NCBI GenBank assembly: GCA_950097015.1
Contig: CATNEN010000029.1
Location: 6,510,001-6,574,000, forward strand
From: Macrostomum hystrix
Lineage: Eukaryota > Animalia > Platyhelminthes
Direction: 5' to 3'
DNA: 64,000 bases
The position numbers and the translations under genes are program-made. Under the pieces are notes generated by a model. That model made no database searches. It worked only from the letters and a program-made list of their open reading frames with translations, and had not been told where the DNA came from. Position 1 is the first letter of the stretch; each line of letters begins with the position of its first letter. Shown piece after piece: positions 12,101 through 24,036 of the stretch.

Positions 12101-14629
12101 TGACTCTGCGGTGCGCAAGGCCGCAGTAGCCGTACTAGAAGAGGCCTGCGAACTCGAAGTCAACAAAAACATTCTAGTGCGCCTCCGACCAGCGGCACTG
12201 CACCTGGGTGATCAAGGCGCCATGCTAATTGCCAAGCTGTGCGGCTTTAGCCTAGGATTTCGAGTACTGCAAGAATCTAATTGGTTTCAGCAGCACTTCG
12301 ATTTGTGGTGCTCTCGTCTATGCAATGCCTATCCGCTTCAGGTTGAGCACATGCTCACGGAGGCTCTCACTGGCTATGATCTACCGCCGCCTGGTCAGGA
12401 TTTTGTGCGCGCCTCTTCTAGACCAAAATCTGCGCCAAGGTATGCAGCTGTTCTACACATAAAATACTGCCAGTTTTCTCTATCCCATACATATGGGATA
12501 TTTGTCTAATGGGATTATTATGCGATACTTACAGGCGCATTCTGCTACCGACGCACCTGTTCAGTCAGCTGGCCCTGCACAAAGAGGGCTTCGATTTTCT
12601 TCGCGGCCAAGCCTGCGTTCGTCAGGCTGTTGATCTAGTCTATCAGCTGTTAGAGCCTGGCCAGCGACTAGAAACAGAAGCAGAAATTGTGGCCGCCAAA
12701 GCAGCCGTCTGGTCTCTGGGTCACATTGGCAGCACAGCCTGGGGCCTTCCGCTGATAGAGCAAGACCAAGTTGCTCCAGCTCTGGCTATGCTAGCTGAGC
12801 GATGCCCTGTGCTGTCTGTGCGCGGCGCCTGCTTTTGGGCCCTCTGTTTGGTGGCGGCCACTGAGCGTGGCTGCGCCCTCCTAGCCGAATTAGGATGGGA
12901 GGCCCTGCGCAGCAACCGTAGCCAGCTCTATCCTGTGGTGCTATCCCGGCCGGATCATTTGGCACTGTTGAACCCGTCTTGGGCACAGTCAGCGCCTCTC
13001 AATGGCACAGAGTCTGGCACTGGTGATAGTTGGCGCCTATCGCAGGACTCCATCATCATGGGCAATGGAAGTCGGACTAGTTCAGTTGGCAATGCTGAGA
13101 ATAATTTAGTGAGTCGCGAGCTTCTAGACCAACTCTAATTTTATCTTTACTTTAGTGAGTAAAGATTCTTAAAGATCAAATATTTTTATAAACACCCCAA
13201 ACTGACAGGGCCGGCCCCATTCTCTATCGGCAGCGTCCTGCGGTGGGCATCATCGCTGGCACGTGTCGTCTGTTGGTCATCATCAGCAGCAGCAGCAGCA
13301 GAATCTTGATCAAACTCAGGGAGGAACGCCATCGCGTAAAGCTCGCAGCGCAAGCGCCAGTGAATGCGATCACGCATCCGGTTCGTCGGTTCACACCGTT
13401 TTGCTGGCTAGCGACCATCCGGCTGATGCTAATACTTTCAATTCTGGAGCCGCTGCTGCTGCTGCTGCCGCTGCAGCGGCCACTGTTGCAGCTGGAGCAT
13501 CTGCACAACAGCCGTTTCAGCTGCCCAGCTCTGTGTCTACCTGGACAGGCGGCACGGCTAGAGCTCTCCTGTTGCAGCAGCAACGAGCCGCTCTGGGCAT
13601 TGTCGCGGGCTCGCCTTCAATGAGCGCTCTAGACGGAACTGGCGCTTCAGCCGGCTCCACTCTGTCTCTGCCGGGTGGCCTTCACCACTGCGGCTCTGGT
13701 CACCAGTCCGCCGCTGCTTTAACTAAGCGATGCGGTGCTACTGCTGGAGTTTTGTACCAATGTTTGGCCCTGCCTATCGATCCGAATCGCGTCACCCTCT
13801 GCTCCTGCTGCTGCGACAACGAATTGCCTAATTCTAATGCCGGCGTATCCGCCGCAACCGACTTGGCCGGCGGCTCCGGCGATGCTGGCGTGTCGGCGTC
13901 AGCAAATTCTATCGGCACCAGCGGCTACGCCAGTCGGTCCGATTCTAAGCCGCAGCTCAGCGACTCCTACGGCCTAAATGGGCGCAGCGCGGCGTACAGC
14001 GATGGTGGCGGCGGCGGCTCCGGCTTGGATCTGCACACCGACGAATCCTGCATCGCTTGCAGCCTCTTGGCTCACCGTGGTCTACCAACACCGCCAACGC
14101 CTTCAATAAGCGTTACGTCGGCTTCATTGTCGGACGAAGCTTCCATCGCTCGGGTGCGCCGAGAAATAGTGCAGCTAGTCGGCCAGCTCGCCTGTCATGT
14201 CAACCAGTCGCGAAACGAGGCCGCCCTAATTCAGTTAAAGGCTCGACGACCGGTCGCTTTTAGCCAAGATTTGTGTCTTTATTCCGAGGTGGCTCTAGCC
14301 CTCGCAAGGCATCCTTATTCGCGTAGGTCGCGCGCCTTCGTTCAAGATCTATTCGCTGACGCTTCCTTTGACATCGTGAGTTAAATGATTGTTGTGATGG
14401 GGTGTTCAGTATAATATTCATTAATCTTTTGATTATCCCACTCTTTTTGCGTCACTCCCAATGACTTTGGTCTCTATTAGCCCAAACTTAATTACGTCGG
14501 CTCTAAATAACCCTGCAACCTTCATTACTGACCAGCCCTTCATAGCGTTTTTGTTATAAATCAATCCATCCAGCATTTTCACTCAATACTTATTTTTCGT
14601 TGCAGTTGTACTCAATTCAAACGCCTTAG
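3197..14629 (+). CDS. RICTOR: Rapamycin-insensitive companion of TOR (mTORC2 scaffold), multi-exon
   Basis: Exons joined by hand with GT-AG sites and consistent phases: 3197-3224 (tentative first exon), 7206-7250, 7339-7492, 7587-7718, 7807-8002, 9119-9558, 9720-10125, 10883-11518, 11913-12439, 12535-13108, 13209-14375, 14606-14629. Rictor motifs: EVRAAALR, SWDLTEGFVSSEG, CRLYATRLMTVLLRADMPFFANWGIELLVKQL, KAAVWSLGHIGSTAWG, LSVRGACFWAL, the zinc site HTDESCIAC, and DLCLYSEV. Confidence 0.93.
8056..8370 (+). mobile_element. Full-length tRNA-derived CORE-type SINE in a Rictor intron
   Basis: A box TAGCCCAGTGG (8063-8073) and B box GGTTCGATTCC (8107-8117). CORE-like cctttagcaagacacttaactctgcattgcttcagttcacccagctgttaaatggg resembles the MIR core ccttgggcaagtcacttaacctctctgtgcctcagtttcctcatctgtaaaatggg. 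(ATT)n tail. Candidate TSD TATTCAT at 8047-8053 and 8365-8371. Confidence 0.9.
8616..9050. mobile_element. Non-autonomous DNA transposon (MITE) with TIRs CAGTAGAAA.../...TTTCTACTG flanked by TTAA
   Basis: TTAA at 8612-8615 and 9051-9054. Subterminal inverted repeat ccactgggatatttcaaatacccac / gtgggtattggaaatagcccggtgg. No coding capacity. The TSD could also be read as TA. Confidence 0.85.
10185..10600. mobile_element. Partial copy of a second inverted-repeat (MITE/foldback-like) family in a Rictor intron
   Basis: Collinear similarity to 25190-25690, e.g. tcttctgaaacaa.aatcaagtc.ccag, gaccgtcgagatattcaa, ccttgccaggccttca.aatttatcag, actatggacaccctga. Confidence 0.75.
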
Positions 14630-15834
14630 TGAATTTAATTCTTTCTGCTAGACATCGGACTACCAGCGGTGATTACCAGCAGTAGCGTGTGCGGCAACAT
14701 CATGTTAGATTGTGCTGTTTCCTTATATCTTTCAAAACTTATGTCAGATGTTTTTGGTCTTTGATTTGTTAGTTTTTTGTATTCTTACCTGTTGTAATTA
14801 ACAACGTTTTTGTATCTTTGGGACTCAATTTAGATTTTTTACTGCGAACCTTTCTAGACTTGCTGAGTGCAAACCATCTGTGGCTTTCAAAACCAAAAGA
14901 AGCAGACCATATTTCTTTCTCATTGTTGTTGAATAATTCTTACCATGTCCAGTTTTTATTAGATTTCAAACACTAAAAAGTATTGTGAATAAAAACAATA
15001 GAGATATGAAGCATAATCACTTTTCTTTATGAGAAATATTTGTCTGTGTAGTTGATAGTATTTTTATGAGAATTTCTTTCTTTCTTACAGTTTTGGTCAT
15101 AAATAGGAAATTAAAAAATTATAATGTACATGCCGATGACTCACTATTTTGAGTTTAATTAAAATTTCCCTGTTAGTAAACACTGTTTGTTTCCTTACTG
15201 TTTATTACAATAATTAAAGCACATTGATTTCATCTACCTGTGATACGAATTAACATTTTGCTAAAATGTAGACATTGTCATTTTACTTGTTTTCATGAAT
15301 TTAGATCAACTGTATATCCAGTTTGCTATCTGATAAAAATAGTCATTATTGCTGTAATTTGGCCTTCTATTACTCATCAATATGCGCGCACCCTGTCAAC
15401 GTGTGTGTAGCTAGCTGAGTCTGTTTTAGTTTTTTAACGAACTAAAGGCTGCTTTAATTATATCGCTCTCGATTTGAGTACAAGCGCGACTTCTAAAAAT
15501 AGCAGACGTATGCTCATTCTAGGTCAGATTGCGGACAAATACTAAAATCCATATTGTTTTTCTTTTTCAAGATTCAATTAGTTGAATATATATTTGTTTA
15601 TATAAACATTTGTGTTTTCTTATTTTACTGCCGTTTCACTTTGCTGCTTTGTTTGTTATTTATTTCTTCTAGATCAATAATAGGCAGTTAGAACAGACAA
15701 AGACACAAACTTAGATCTACAGTCTGAGATTCGAGCTTAGGATCACTTGGTCAGGATTCCGAAACTTAGATGGAACCTTCCTCGTGGGTACTATGGATAG
15801 ATAATGATACCTAGCCCAGGTATCACCTAGCCCA

Positions 15835-16070
15835 GTATTATTATCTATTATCTATCTATCCATTACTGCCAGTGGCTGCGTACAGTCCATGGACTGGGAT
15901 AGAGACCGCTACTCTGAACTAGTTGATGCTGGTACCCATTTCACAGCTAAGTAGACTTAAGGACTGGGAACTTGAGGGTCTTTTTAAACGACCCTTAGTC
16001 TCCATTAGGCTGAGAAACGAACTCCCAACCTCCCGGCAGAAGTCCAAAGCTACTAGGCACTAACACCTAA
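15835..16070 (-). mobile_element. Degenerate CORE-type SINE immediately upstream of RPL11, antisense
   Basis: Reverse complement contains a decayed tRNA head (ggttgggagttcgtttctc), gctgtgaaatgggtaccagcatcaacta, the cagtccatggactg palindrome and a (GATA)n tail. Confidence 0.7.
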
Positions 16071-16089
16071 ACAATTTCAGCGAAGCAAA

Positions 16090-16635
16090 ATGAGCGCAGA
16101 GAAAGGCAAAACTGAGAAGGCCAGCACCAATGTGATGCGAGACATTCGCATCGCAAAGCTGTGCTTGAACATCTGCGTTGGCGAGAGCGGTGATCGTCTG
16201 ACTCGCGCCGCCAAGGTGCTGGAACAGCTAACTAGCCAGAGCCCAGTTTACAGCAAGGCCAGACTCACCGTGCGCTCCTTCGCCATCAGGCGCAACGAGC
16301 GCATCGCAGTGCACTGCACAGTCCGCGGCGACAAGGCCAAGGACATCTTGGAAAGAGGCCTGAAGGTCAAGGAATACGAGCTGCCCCGCTCGTGCTTCGC
16401 CGACAATGGAAACTTCGGCTTCGGTTTGAACGAGCACATCGACTTGGGAATCAAGTACGACCCCAGCATCGGCATCTACGGCATGGATTTCTATGTTGTA
16501 CTGCAGCGCACCGGCAACCGAGTCCAGTACAGGCGCCGCAAGCAGAACCGCGCAGGCCCGAAGCAGAACATCTCGCGGGAGGAGGCCATCAAGTGGTTCC
16601 AGACCACCTACGATGGAGTTATTATGAACCGCTAG
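16090..16635 (+). CDS. RPL11: 60S ribosomal protein L11 (uL5), intronless CDS, divergent
   Basis: [34 protein letters not shown] and [23 protein letters not shown] are uL5 signature motifs. 181 aa, full length. Confidence 0.98.
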   Translation: MSAEKGKTEKASTNVMRDIRIAKLCLNICVGESGDRLTRAAKVLEQLTSQSPVYSKARLTVRSFAIRRNERIAVHCTVRGDKAKDILERGLKVKEYELPRSCFADNGNFGFGLNEHIDLGIKYDPSIGIYGMDFYVVLQRTGNRVQYRRRKQNRAGPKQNISREEAIKWFQTTYDGVIMNR

Positions 16636-17253
16636 AGCAATTAATGCACTGGAACGATAACTCTTTAAAAAAGAACCGTCTTGCTGATTGCTGGCTCTGA
16701 GTAGCTGATTGCTAGTACAAGTTGTTGGTGATAAATTCGTTTTTTGGCCGACTGCTTTCCTGGAAATTGCCTTTTCGGCGCTTGGCTGTTGTCTTTCTTC
16801 TTTTATTGGCTTTCAATTAGGCCAAAAATATTTTTGTAGATAAGCTATCAAAGCAAGTAATAATTTGTTTAAAAGAGTACTTGATAAAGAAAGGCTGTGG
16901 GCACTGGCACATTAATTGGTGAAAGTGGACCCGCAGCAAGCGGGGTGGTAATTATGCCTAATCCGCTGACTCCTGAGCATACACTCACACAAGTGTGTAA
17001 CATCTGCCCTGACTTTTTATAAGCAGTTACGTACTACTCAAGCCCCCATGCCTTCGTTTAAATAAATTAAATGTGGCCTCGCTGCAGATTCAAGCTTAGA
17101 GACACTAACCTGCCACCCGCGCCTCCAATTTATTAAATAACTATAAAGTTCAGTAGGATAAGTAAAATATTGCACACAATCCAAAATGAAAAAGTATTTC
17201 TTATTTTACATTTTCACACGTTTATTCTAGCACCGCCGCACAAACTGACGACA

Positions 17254-19757
17254 ATGTCTCAGCACGCGTTGCCTGTACTATTCGTTAATCTTGGCGGCGA
17301 GATGCTTTACATTCTGGATCAACGCCTTCACGCCCAGAAGATAGACAATGAGAAGGCGCGCAAAGTGCTGCACGACATTGTTGGCACAATGTTCAATCGG
17401 CGCTTCATGGAGGAATTGTTCCGGCCGCAGGAGCTCTTCACTCGCAATAGTCTGCGCGTACTGTTCGACCGGCTGGCGCACGCCTCCATTATGCGCCTGA
17501 ATGCGGCCAGTATGGATAAGCTCTACGACCTCATGACTATGGCTGTGAAATTCCAGGTCTACATGACTGAGCGGCCGCGGGACCTGCTGATGGTGTGTCT
17601 GAATCACCTGGACTGGGTGAGCAAACAGCTACAGGGCGAGGATAGTCCGGCTAAGCAGGCTCTGGTTGGCACCTACAAGCTGCTGGCTGCATTGGACAAG
17701 GAGTTGAACCACGGCGATTGGCAGACCTTGCGGCACTGTTTAATGAACTTCTTTCAGGTATGTGTTATGTAGGACCTATATTATCATACTTTCCAAGAAT
17801 CAGCTCGTCTCGTGATTCCGGAAATCAACTCCGCTCCCCTCTTTTTTACTATTAGACCCACTCTCCCCAATTCTTTAATTAGGCTCCCTCAAATGTCAAA
17901 GAATCAGTCCGATTCCTCCCGTTTCTAGAAATCAACTCAATGCTATCTATTTCTAAGAAATAACTTAATCCCAGTCAGTTTATGCAGTTGCTTAATATTT
18001 AGCATTTCTAAGAATCAGCTCTATCCTAGCCATTTCTTAGAATCAGCTCTACCCTAGTCATTTCTTAGAATCAGCTGTGTCAGTTATTTCTAAGAAGTAA
18101 CCGAATCGCATCCATTTCTAAGAACCAACTGAATCCAACCTATTCTATTTCTAAGAATCAACTCAATTAGCTATTTAAAAAATAACTTAATCACAGCAAT
18201 TTCTAAGAATCAGCTCTATTCCAACCATTTCTAAGAATTACCTTGATCCTACCCATTTCACAAAATCAACTCAATCATAGCCATTTCTTAGAATGAGCTC
18301 TATCCTAGCCATTTCTTAGAATTAACCTTATCCCAGCCATTTCTAAAATCAAATAAAAACCCCTTTTATCCCCCTTTTTTTAGAATCTAAGCAAGTGCTC
18401 ACCAAAAAGCCTATATTAGATTGAATTTGAAGCTGCCTAACCATTGTGTTTTAATTATTTCGCAATCATTTCATAATCATTTCGCAACTTTACCCGCTGC
18501 TGGCAGGACACGCACACACGAGTGTCCATCTTCCTTAAAGAGGGCACCCAGGACAACTCGGGCCGGTTTCGCCTACCATTTGGCGGCCCGTTGCCAGCCG
18601 GCTTTGCTCAATTGGGCAGCCTGCAGCTGTACACTAGCCGTGGCAAGGCCCTGCAGCCAGCCAGCTTCCCGGCCAAACAGTTCAACGGACAGAGTCGCGA
18701 AGGCTCCGTAGAAGTGCGCGGCGATCGCGTCACTAATCTGGGCTGCAATATGTACGCTGGTGGCCAAGTGGAAACATCCGCGCCTCAGTTGGCCGCCGGC
18801 AGTGCCGCTGATTCGCGCCCACCTCAGAAGCAGCGCAAAGGCGCCCCAGCCCCGCAGCTAGTTGCTGCGCCTTCGGATCTGGACAGCTATCAGGTACGAG
18901 ACTGTACTAAGCCGCTGGCAATGATAATAATAGGTGCAGGTGCACTCTCACTGTACACCAGAGGTTGGCCATAAATAGTGTGTTCTCCCCACGGCTGCAC
19001 CCCAAATTAATTATGGCCTCATCTGATTCTAGAGTCTGATGCGACAGTTCAGATAGCTAATTTACTAGGTATGCCAAAAGCATAGATTTAGACAGCCCAA
19101 TTTTAAATCAGCCGATAGACTTTGAAACCAGTCTCAGGTCTGTAGCTTATGGGACAAAGATTCTTTTGCCGTGGTTGCAAAAATATTCGCGGCAGATAAA
19201 AAGCTTACTTGTCCTCGCGTCATTGCGCTTTGCTATCAAACAAATGGGCAAATGGAGTCAACATGTCGCTGCACAATTTTCCTAAGAGTGACTCTACTGC
19301 CCGACAGATTCTCAAGAAAGACGAATGTGATAAGTGGCTTGTCCAGGAAATGTGAGATCTATGGTCGAAACCTGCCGCATTTTAGGCGGATCCCAACGCG
19401 GCCGCGCAGTTGGACCTCCTGGCACAGCTGATCGGGTCCGGGCAGCGCCGCTCCGGCTCATCCGGTTTCCGTCTGAACCTGTTCCGCAACGATGCCGAAG
19501 AGGAGGAGGCCGAATCAACCGCCGCAGCCAGGGCCGGGCCAGCCGCTGTTGGCGATCATCGAGTTGTTAATTTTGATGCCAGAGGCGCCGGCAAAGGCGG
19601 TCGCGAGCGACTTAGTCACGTGATGCGCGACTTGCGCATGGACGACGAGGAAGAAGATAACGATGACGGGCCTAACGGAAGCGACAGGCGGCGTGCGGGA
19701 CGCGGAGGTGGCGGTCAGCGCAATCTGCTCGACTTAATGGACGAGCAAAATGATTGA
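17254..19757 (+). CDS. OSCP1: Organic solute carrier partner 1 (OSCP1/NOR1), three coding exons
   Basis: Exons 17254-17757, 18507-18893 and 19386-19757, all phase 0. LPVLFVNLGGEMLYILDQRL, RLAHASIMRLNAASMDKLYDLMTMA and RVSIFLK..Q..SGRF match OSCP1. Confidence 0.95.
17900..18350. repeat. Degenerate roughly 30-bp tandem repeat (core ccatttctaagaatcagctc) in OSCP1 intron 1
   Basis: About 12 recurrences of atttct(a/t)agaa(t/c)ca. Confidence 0.8.
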
Positions 19758-20895
19758 AATTATCAGCACTGTGACGTGTTACTTCCGGGGTTAATTCCGC
19801 CTAGTAACAGATGCAAGAATCGGCGCTGTGCCTTCGCGCGGTTAGATGCGGACCTGTTTGTCTGGTCTCTTTTTAGCTTTTATTCATTCACTTTTTGTGT
19901 TGTTGTGTTTTCAGATTTAAGTAGAGATTAATCTCATTTTAAGTTGCTTTCCGTTATCTTGTTAATCAGCTTCTTTCAGCTTATCGCCAGCTTCAAGCTA
20001 ACGGTACAATAGATACTATAGTTTGATTTCACTGATTTACACAATTCTGCTTTCCTGGGTATAAATTGCGCCAATAAGTGCACTTTTTTTATCATTTTGT
20101 GAACTCTTAATTATCTAGGTTTAGCTATATTATATAGAGTTTGTTTTTGTACAGGATAATTATAGTGATCATGGTTCATAAAATTAGCTTTAATTTTCTA
20201 TTCCTATGTTCTTCGTTCTGTAGATTAGGTTTCGCTAGAAAATGATTGCACTTTTATTAAAAGCTATTGTTGAATTATTTGCTTTTATAGTAATCTTAGT
20301 TATATTTCTACCTAGTGAAAAAATTTCAAGCATGGTATAAAATATATTAAAAGCTCTATTCTGTAGCTTTCGATATACCCGAAAATATTGAATTTTGTCA
20401 CTTCTATTGGTGCACTACTTCTAGTAGTCCTTAATAGTAAGTTGCTATTGATAATTCAAATTGGCAGTTAAAAATCAAATAGGCGTTTTTGCTGTGACTG
20501 CGCGGGAATGCCTCATTCTTTTGCTCTTTGTTGTGTCCGTCCCTTTGGCTACAAGGCTTTGTTGCATATTTTTTATACTTACTTTCTAAGCACTTGCTTT
20601 GTTTACATTTTTAAGAGGCTGTGATTGCTGTTTTGTTTTGAAATTAATTTGCTTGGATGCTTTTTATCTCTTTTTTACGTATACGTGCAGTGGTTTGTTC
20701 CCTTTAATTTCAATCCAAACTAATTTGGTTAGCACTGATTTCGAGAAAGACAGACACACACGTTCACTTTTCACCGTTTTTTATTTACTCGTATAACCAT
20801 TTAATAAATACACGCGTAGATGTTGTTTTATATGAGCCTTTTTCAATTGTAGTCTCGTTGTTTAAACTTCATTCATTTCGATTCCCTGGAGTGGA

Positions 20896-20962
20896 GTGGA
20901 GTCAGGAATCGAACCCCCGACCTTTAAGTCGTAAGTCCGACGCTCTAACCACAAGCCACTTC
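20896..20962 (-). mobile_element. Isolated tRNA-like SINE head upstream of UBE2C
   Basis: Reverse complement gtggcttgtggttagagcgtcggacttacgacttaaaggtcgggggttcgattcctgactccac is almost identical to the 8056 head. The anticodon stem does not pair and the CORE body is absent. Confidence 0.85.
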
Positions 20963-21048
20963 CATCTCCCATTCCAGTTCATCGCCAACTTCCATTTCTC
21001 TCTATCTGCGTGTCGAAAGAGCAGACAGTCGACAGAGCTAAGCAACCA

Positions 21049-21525
21049 ATGGCAGCTGGTTCTGCAGACACACTTAGTCGCCGACTGCAGAAGGAGCTCA
21101 TGGAGGTCATGACTGCAGGCGAGAAGGGCCTCTCCGCATTCCCGGAGGGCGAGAACCTCACCCGCTGGACCGCCACCCTGGAGGGTCCGGACGGCACACC
21201 GTACGAAGGCGACGTGTACAAACTGTCCCTGGAGTTCCCGCCCGATTATCCCTACAAGAGTCCATTGGTCCGCTTCACTACCCCCTGCTTTCATCCCAAT
21301 GTCGACCAGTACGGCAACATCTGTCTGGACATACTCAAGGAGAACTGGAGCGCTCTGTACACGGTGCGCACCATCCTGCTGTCGCTGAGGTCTCTGCTCA
21401 ACGAGCCCAACAATGACAGTCCGCTCAACACTCAGGCGGCCAGTCTGTGGTGCAATCCGGTCAAGTTTGCAGAGAAGAAGCGCGCCTTCCAGGAGCAGCA
21501 ACGCAGCGCTTCAACTAAAACCTGA
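21049..21525 (+). CDS. UBE2C: Ubiquitin-conjugating enzyme E2 C (UbcH10/Vihar type), intronless CDS
   Basis: RRLQKELM, SAFPEGENL..W.ATLEGPDGTPYEG, YPYKSP.VRF.TPCFHPNVDQYGNICLDILKENWSALY.VRTILLSL.SLL.EPNNDSPLN.QAA.LW. The likely ATG is 21049; the track starts at an upstream GTG. Confidence 0.93.
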   Translation: MAAGSADTLSRRLQKELMEVMTAGEKGLSAFPEGENLTRWTATLEGPDGTPYEGDVYKLSLEFPPDYPYKSPLVRFTTPCFHPNVDQYGNICLDILKENWSALYTVRTILLSLRSLLNEPNNDSPLNTQAASLWCNPVKFAEKKRAFQEQQRSASTKT

Positions 21526-21870
21526 TCAACCGCCGCTTCCTGGTTGGTGATTAGAACTTTGCGCTACGTTTGTGTACGGGACTTTGTATTTATAGAAAAT
21601 CATTGTAATATTGTACAATTGTTTTACTCATTCTTTTCATTTGTTTTAATTTGTGCGGAATTTTTAATGCAGGTATTTTTTGCTTTTTGCATGCACTAGA
21701 CAAGCCTAATATTGTCTCCCAAGCCGATTCCCAGCATCCAAGTCTCATGGCAACCGCATGTGTTTACATTGGATACAAGCTGCGTGGCGGCGCCCCGTCT
21801 TGTACATGTCATGACAGCATATATGTTTCTCCGTACGTTCGGATAGCATAGCAACATAAATTACTCAGTT

Positions 21871-21962
21871 TGTGTGCTTGCATAGCAACAAGGATCGTTC
21901 AGTAAGTGTGCTTGCATAGCAACAAGGATCGTTCAGTAAGTGTGCTTGCATAGCAACAAGGA
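21871..21962. repeat. 34-bp tandem repeat, about 2.7 copies
   Basis: gtgtgcttgcatagcaacaaggatcgttcagtaa repeated. Confidence 0.9.
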
Positions 21963-23638
21963 GTTTTGCTTCCTCTGGATTGATTAAAGCAATTGTTTTC
22001 TTCAATAGACTACTTAAGTAGTCAGGTTTTTTACTTTAGAGAAAAACTCCAGTGAAGTCTGAAAGCAACTCATAAATAACTATCATCAGTGTCAAAACAA
22101 CTCAACACAATGCGATCCTAATGTGCTGAAATCAAAATTTCCTCATCCGCTCTCTCCGATGTACTAAACTTGCTGCTTCCGGCCCACTGACGCGTGTTGA
22201 ACTTAACTGCCTTCTTTCCGTTTCTTATATCGTCCTCCAACTCCATCCAGCTAACGGTATTGCTTCTTATTCTTTTTTCTATCTCTGTATGATGCCCAGC
22301 TTGTTTAATTTGTTTTAAATTTACTCGTTTAATGATCTTTCTGCCCACAGTCAAAATTTACCTGCTTGTCAGCTAATTTAACCGTAGAGACACGCGTGAA
22401 AGTAGCCGTAGGTTTGATCTGTGTATTTTTATTCTGTATTAAAATAACTATTTAGAATCGGATGGTTTTTTACATTGAAGTGTAATTTTACACCTCCAGT
22501 AATGAGTCTTGTTTATTCACCTGGCAGAATCTGCCTACCAACTTTGCCTACTCAAATCTTTCATCAAAAATCCGTCGCGAGCACTGTTGGCACTCAGTCC
22601 CAAATACCATTCTTTTCTTAGCAAGGAAATCTTCGCTTTTTCTTGCAGTTTACAGTCTCTGTTGATTTATCTAGTAGTCAAACGATGCTTCTTTAGTTGC
22701 TTTCTGCTCATGTTTGTGTTGAATTTTTTAATTTTACACTCGCGCTTATATTCGTCAGCCTGATGTTGTGGTCTCCATATTCGTTGAAATAAGATCTAAA
22801 AATTGCACTAATTTGTGGTGAGCTCATGCTTAGTAGCTCGCTTATTTACTTTTTTAATAATTTTTATACGTACTTGTATTAGCTTTGGGCCTTTGAAACT
22901 TTTTGTTTATACCAATATAAAATATTTAACAATATTGCTCTTTTGTTGCAAATAGAGTGTAGTCTAGCCCCGCCTTTTGTTTTATTATCTGCGAAAATAA
23001 TTGTCGTCTTAATTATCATCTAGGTATATTTTCTGACCTTGCCAACAGCGCAGCCATATGCTTGGAGGTATCCCATATTAAGCTGCGGCAAGCAAGCAGG
23101 CTCCTATTTTATCAGCTTTACAAAGTTCGACTAGGCACTAGTCTAAGGTAACGTATTTTCTAATAATATGCATGTCTCGCCTGTAATTAAATTGCTTTTG
23201 TCCGACCTTTGTGAATATTTCTTCTTTCGACAAAAACTACGATTCCCTCTCATGTACGGATAACTATGCAGGTTGCTACATAAGTAAATAATGAATTTTT
23301 CGAAACATGTAAATCTGAAAATCTGCTATGCTCGTTGATTTTTCTATCTAATTACTTTTTTATAGCTCTGTTTGTATACATTATTCTATCTTTCTCTTTC
23401 ATTTTCCCAATTACATTGTAACTAAATTAATTTATCTGGTCAAATATTCAGTTGTCTCTTTTTCGTTGAAATCTTCGTAATTTCTGCACCCACTCGCAAG
23501 TACATCACATTTACACAATAATTTTATTAACTGACGCTAAAATTGGTGTCTTGGTCTCTTTCTTTTTTACCTGCTAGTTTTGCGTTTTAGTTATTTGTCT
23601 AGGCTACTATTTTAGGGTTCACGTGAATCACATAGAAT

Positions 23639-24028
23639 CAGTGGCGCAACCAGGTTTTGCCTTAGGGGGCGGTCTTTGCGTACATTGCCCCGCGGGTCGA
23701 AGGGGGGGGCGCCAGGTGGAGCGCGCTCTGTTTCGCGGTTTTCGCCCACCAATCCTGGGCCTATTTCAAGGGCCGGTAGGGTAGGGCCCAGACGATTTAA
23801 AAGGTTTAAAAAATCCGAACGCAAGCACGATTATAATGAAAGCTTGAAAATTAATATATCACCAATGGTCTTGGACTTGGTCTTTGGTCTATGTACGTTG
23901 GACTTGGGGGACAGGGAATGAGATAAGGTAATAAATTAAGAAGCGTCTTGGCTTGCCCTTTGCGTACATTGCCCGCGGGCCGAAGGGGGGTGGCCGCCAC
24001 CCCGCCCCACCCCTTGGTTGCGCCACTG
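23639..24028. mobile_element. Non-autonomous hAT-type MITE, 390 bp
   Basis: 13-bp TIR CAGTGGCGCAACC / GGTTGCGCCACTG. Perfect 8-bp TSD CATAGAAT at 23631-23638 and 24029-24036. Internal direct repeat ctttgcgtacattgccc(c)gcggg.cgaagggggg. Confidence 0.92.
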
Positions 24029-24036
24029 CATAGAAT

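Noticed and set aside
20896-20962. Possible functional tRNA gene
   Set aside because: The anticodon stem (TCGGA vs CTTAA) does not pair and the sequence is nearly identical to the SINE heads at 8056 and 2120.
20902-21501. Antisense 199-aa ORF over UBE2C, and similar antisense ORFs over RPL11, OSCP1 and Rictor
   Set aside because: These are shadow ORFs of GC-rich coding sequence with no independent homology.
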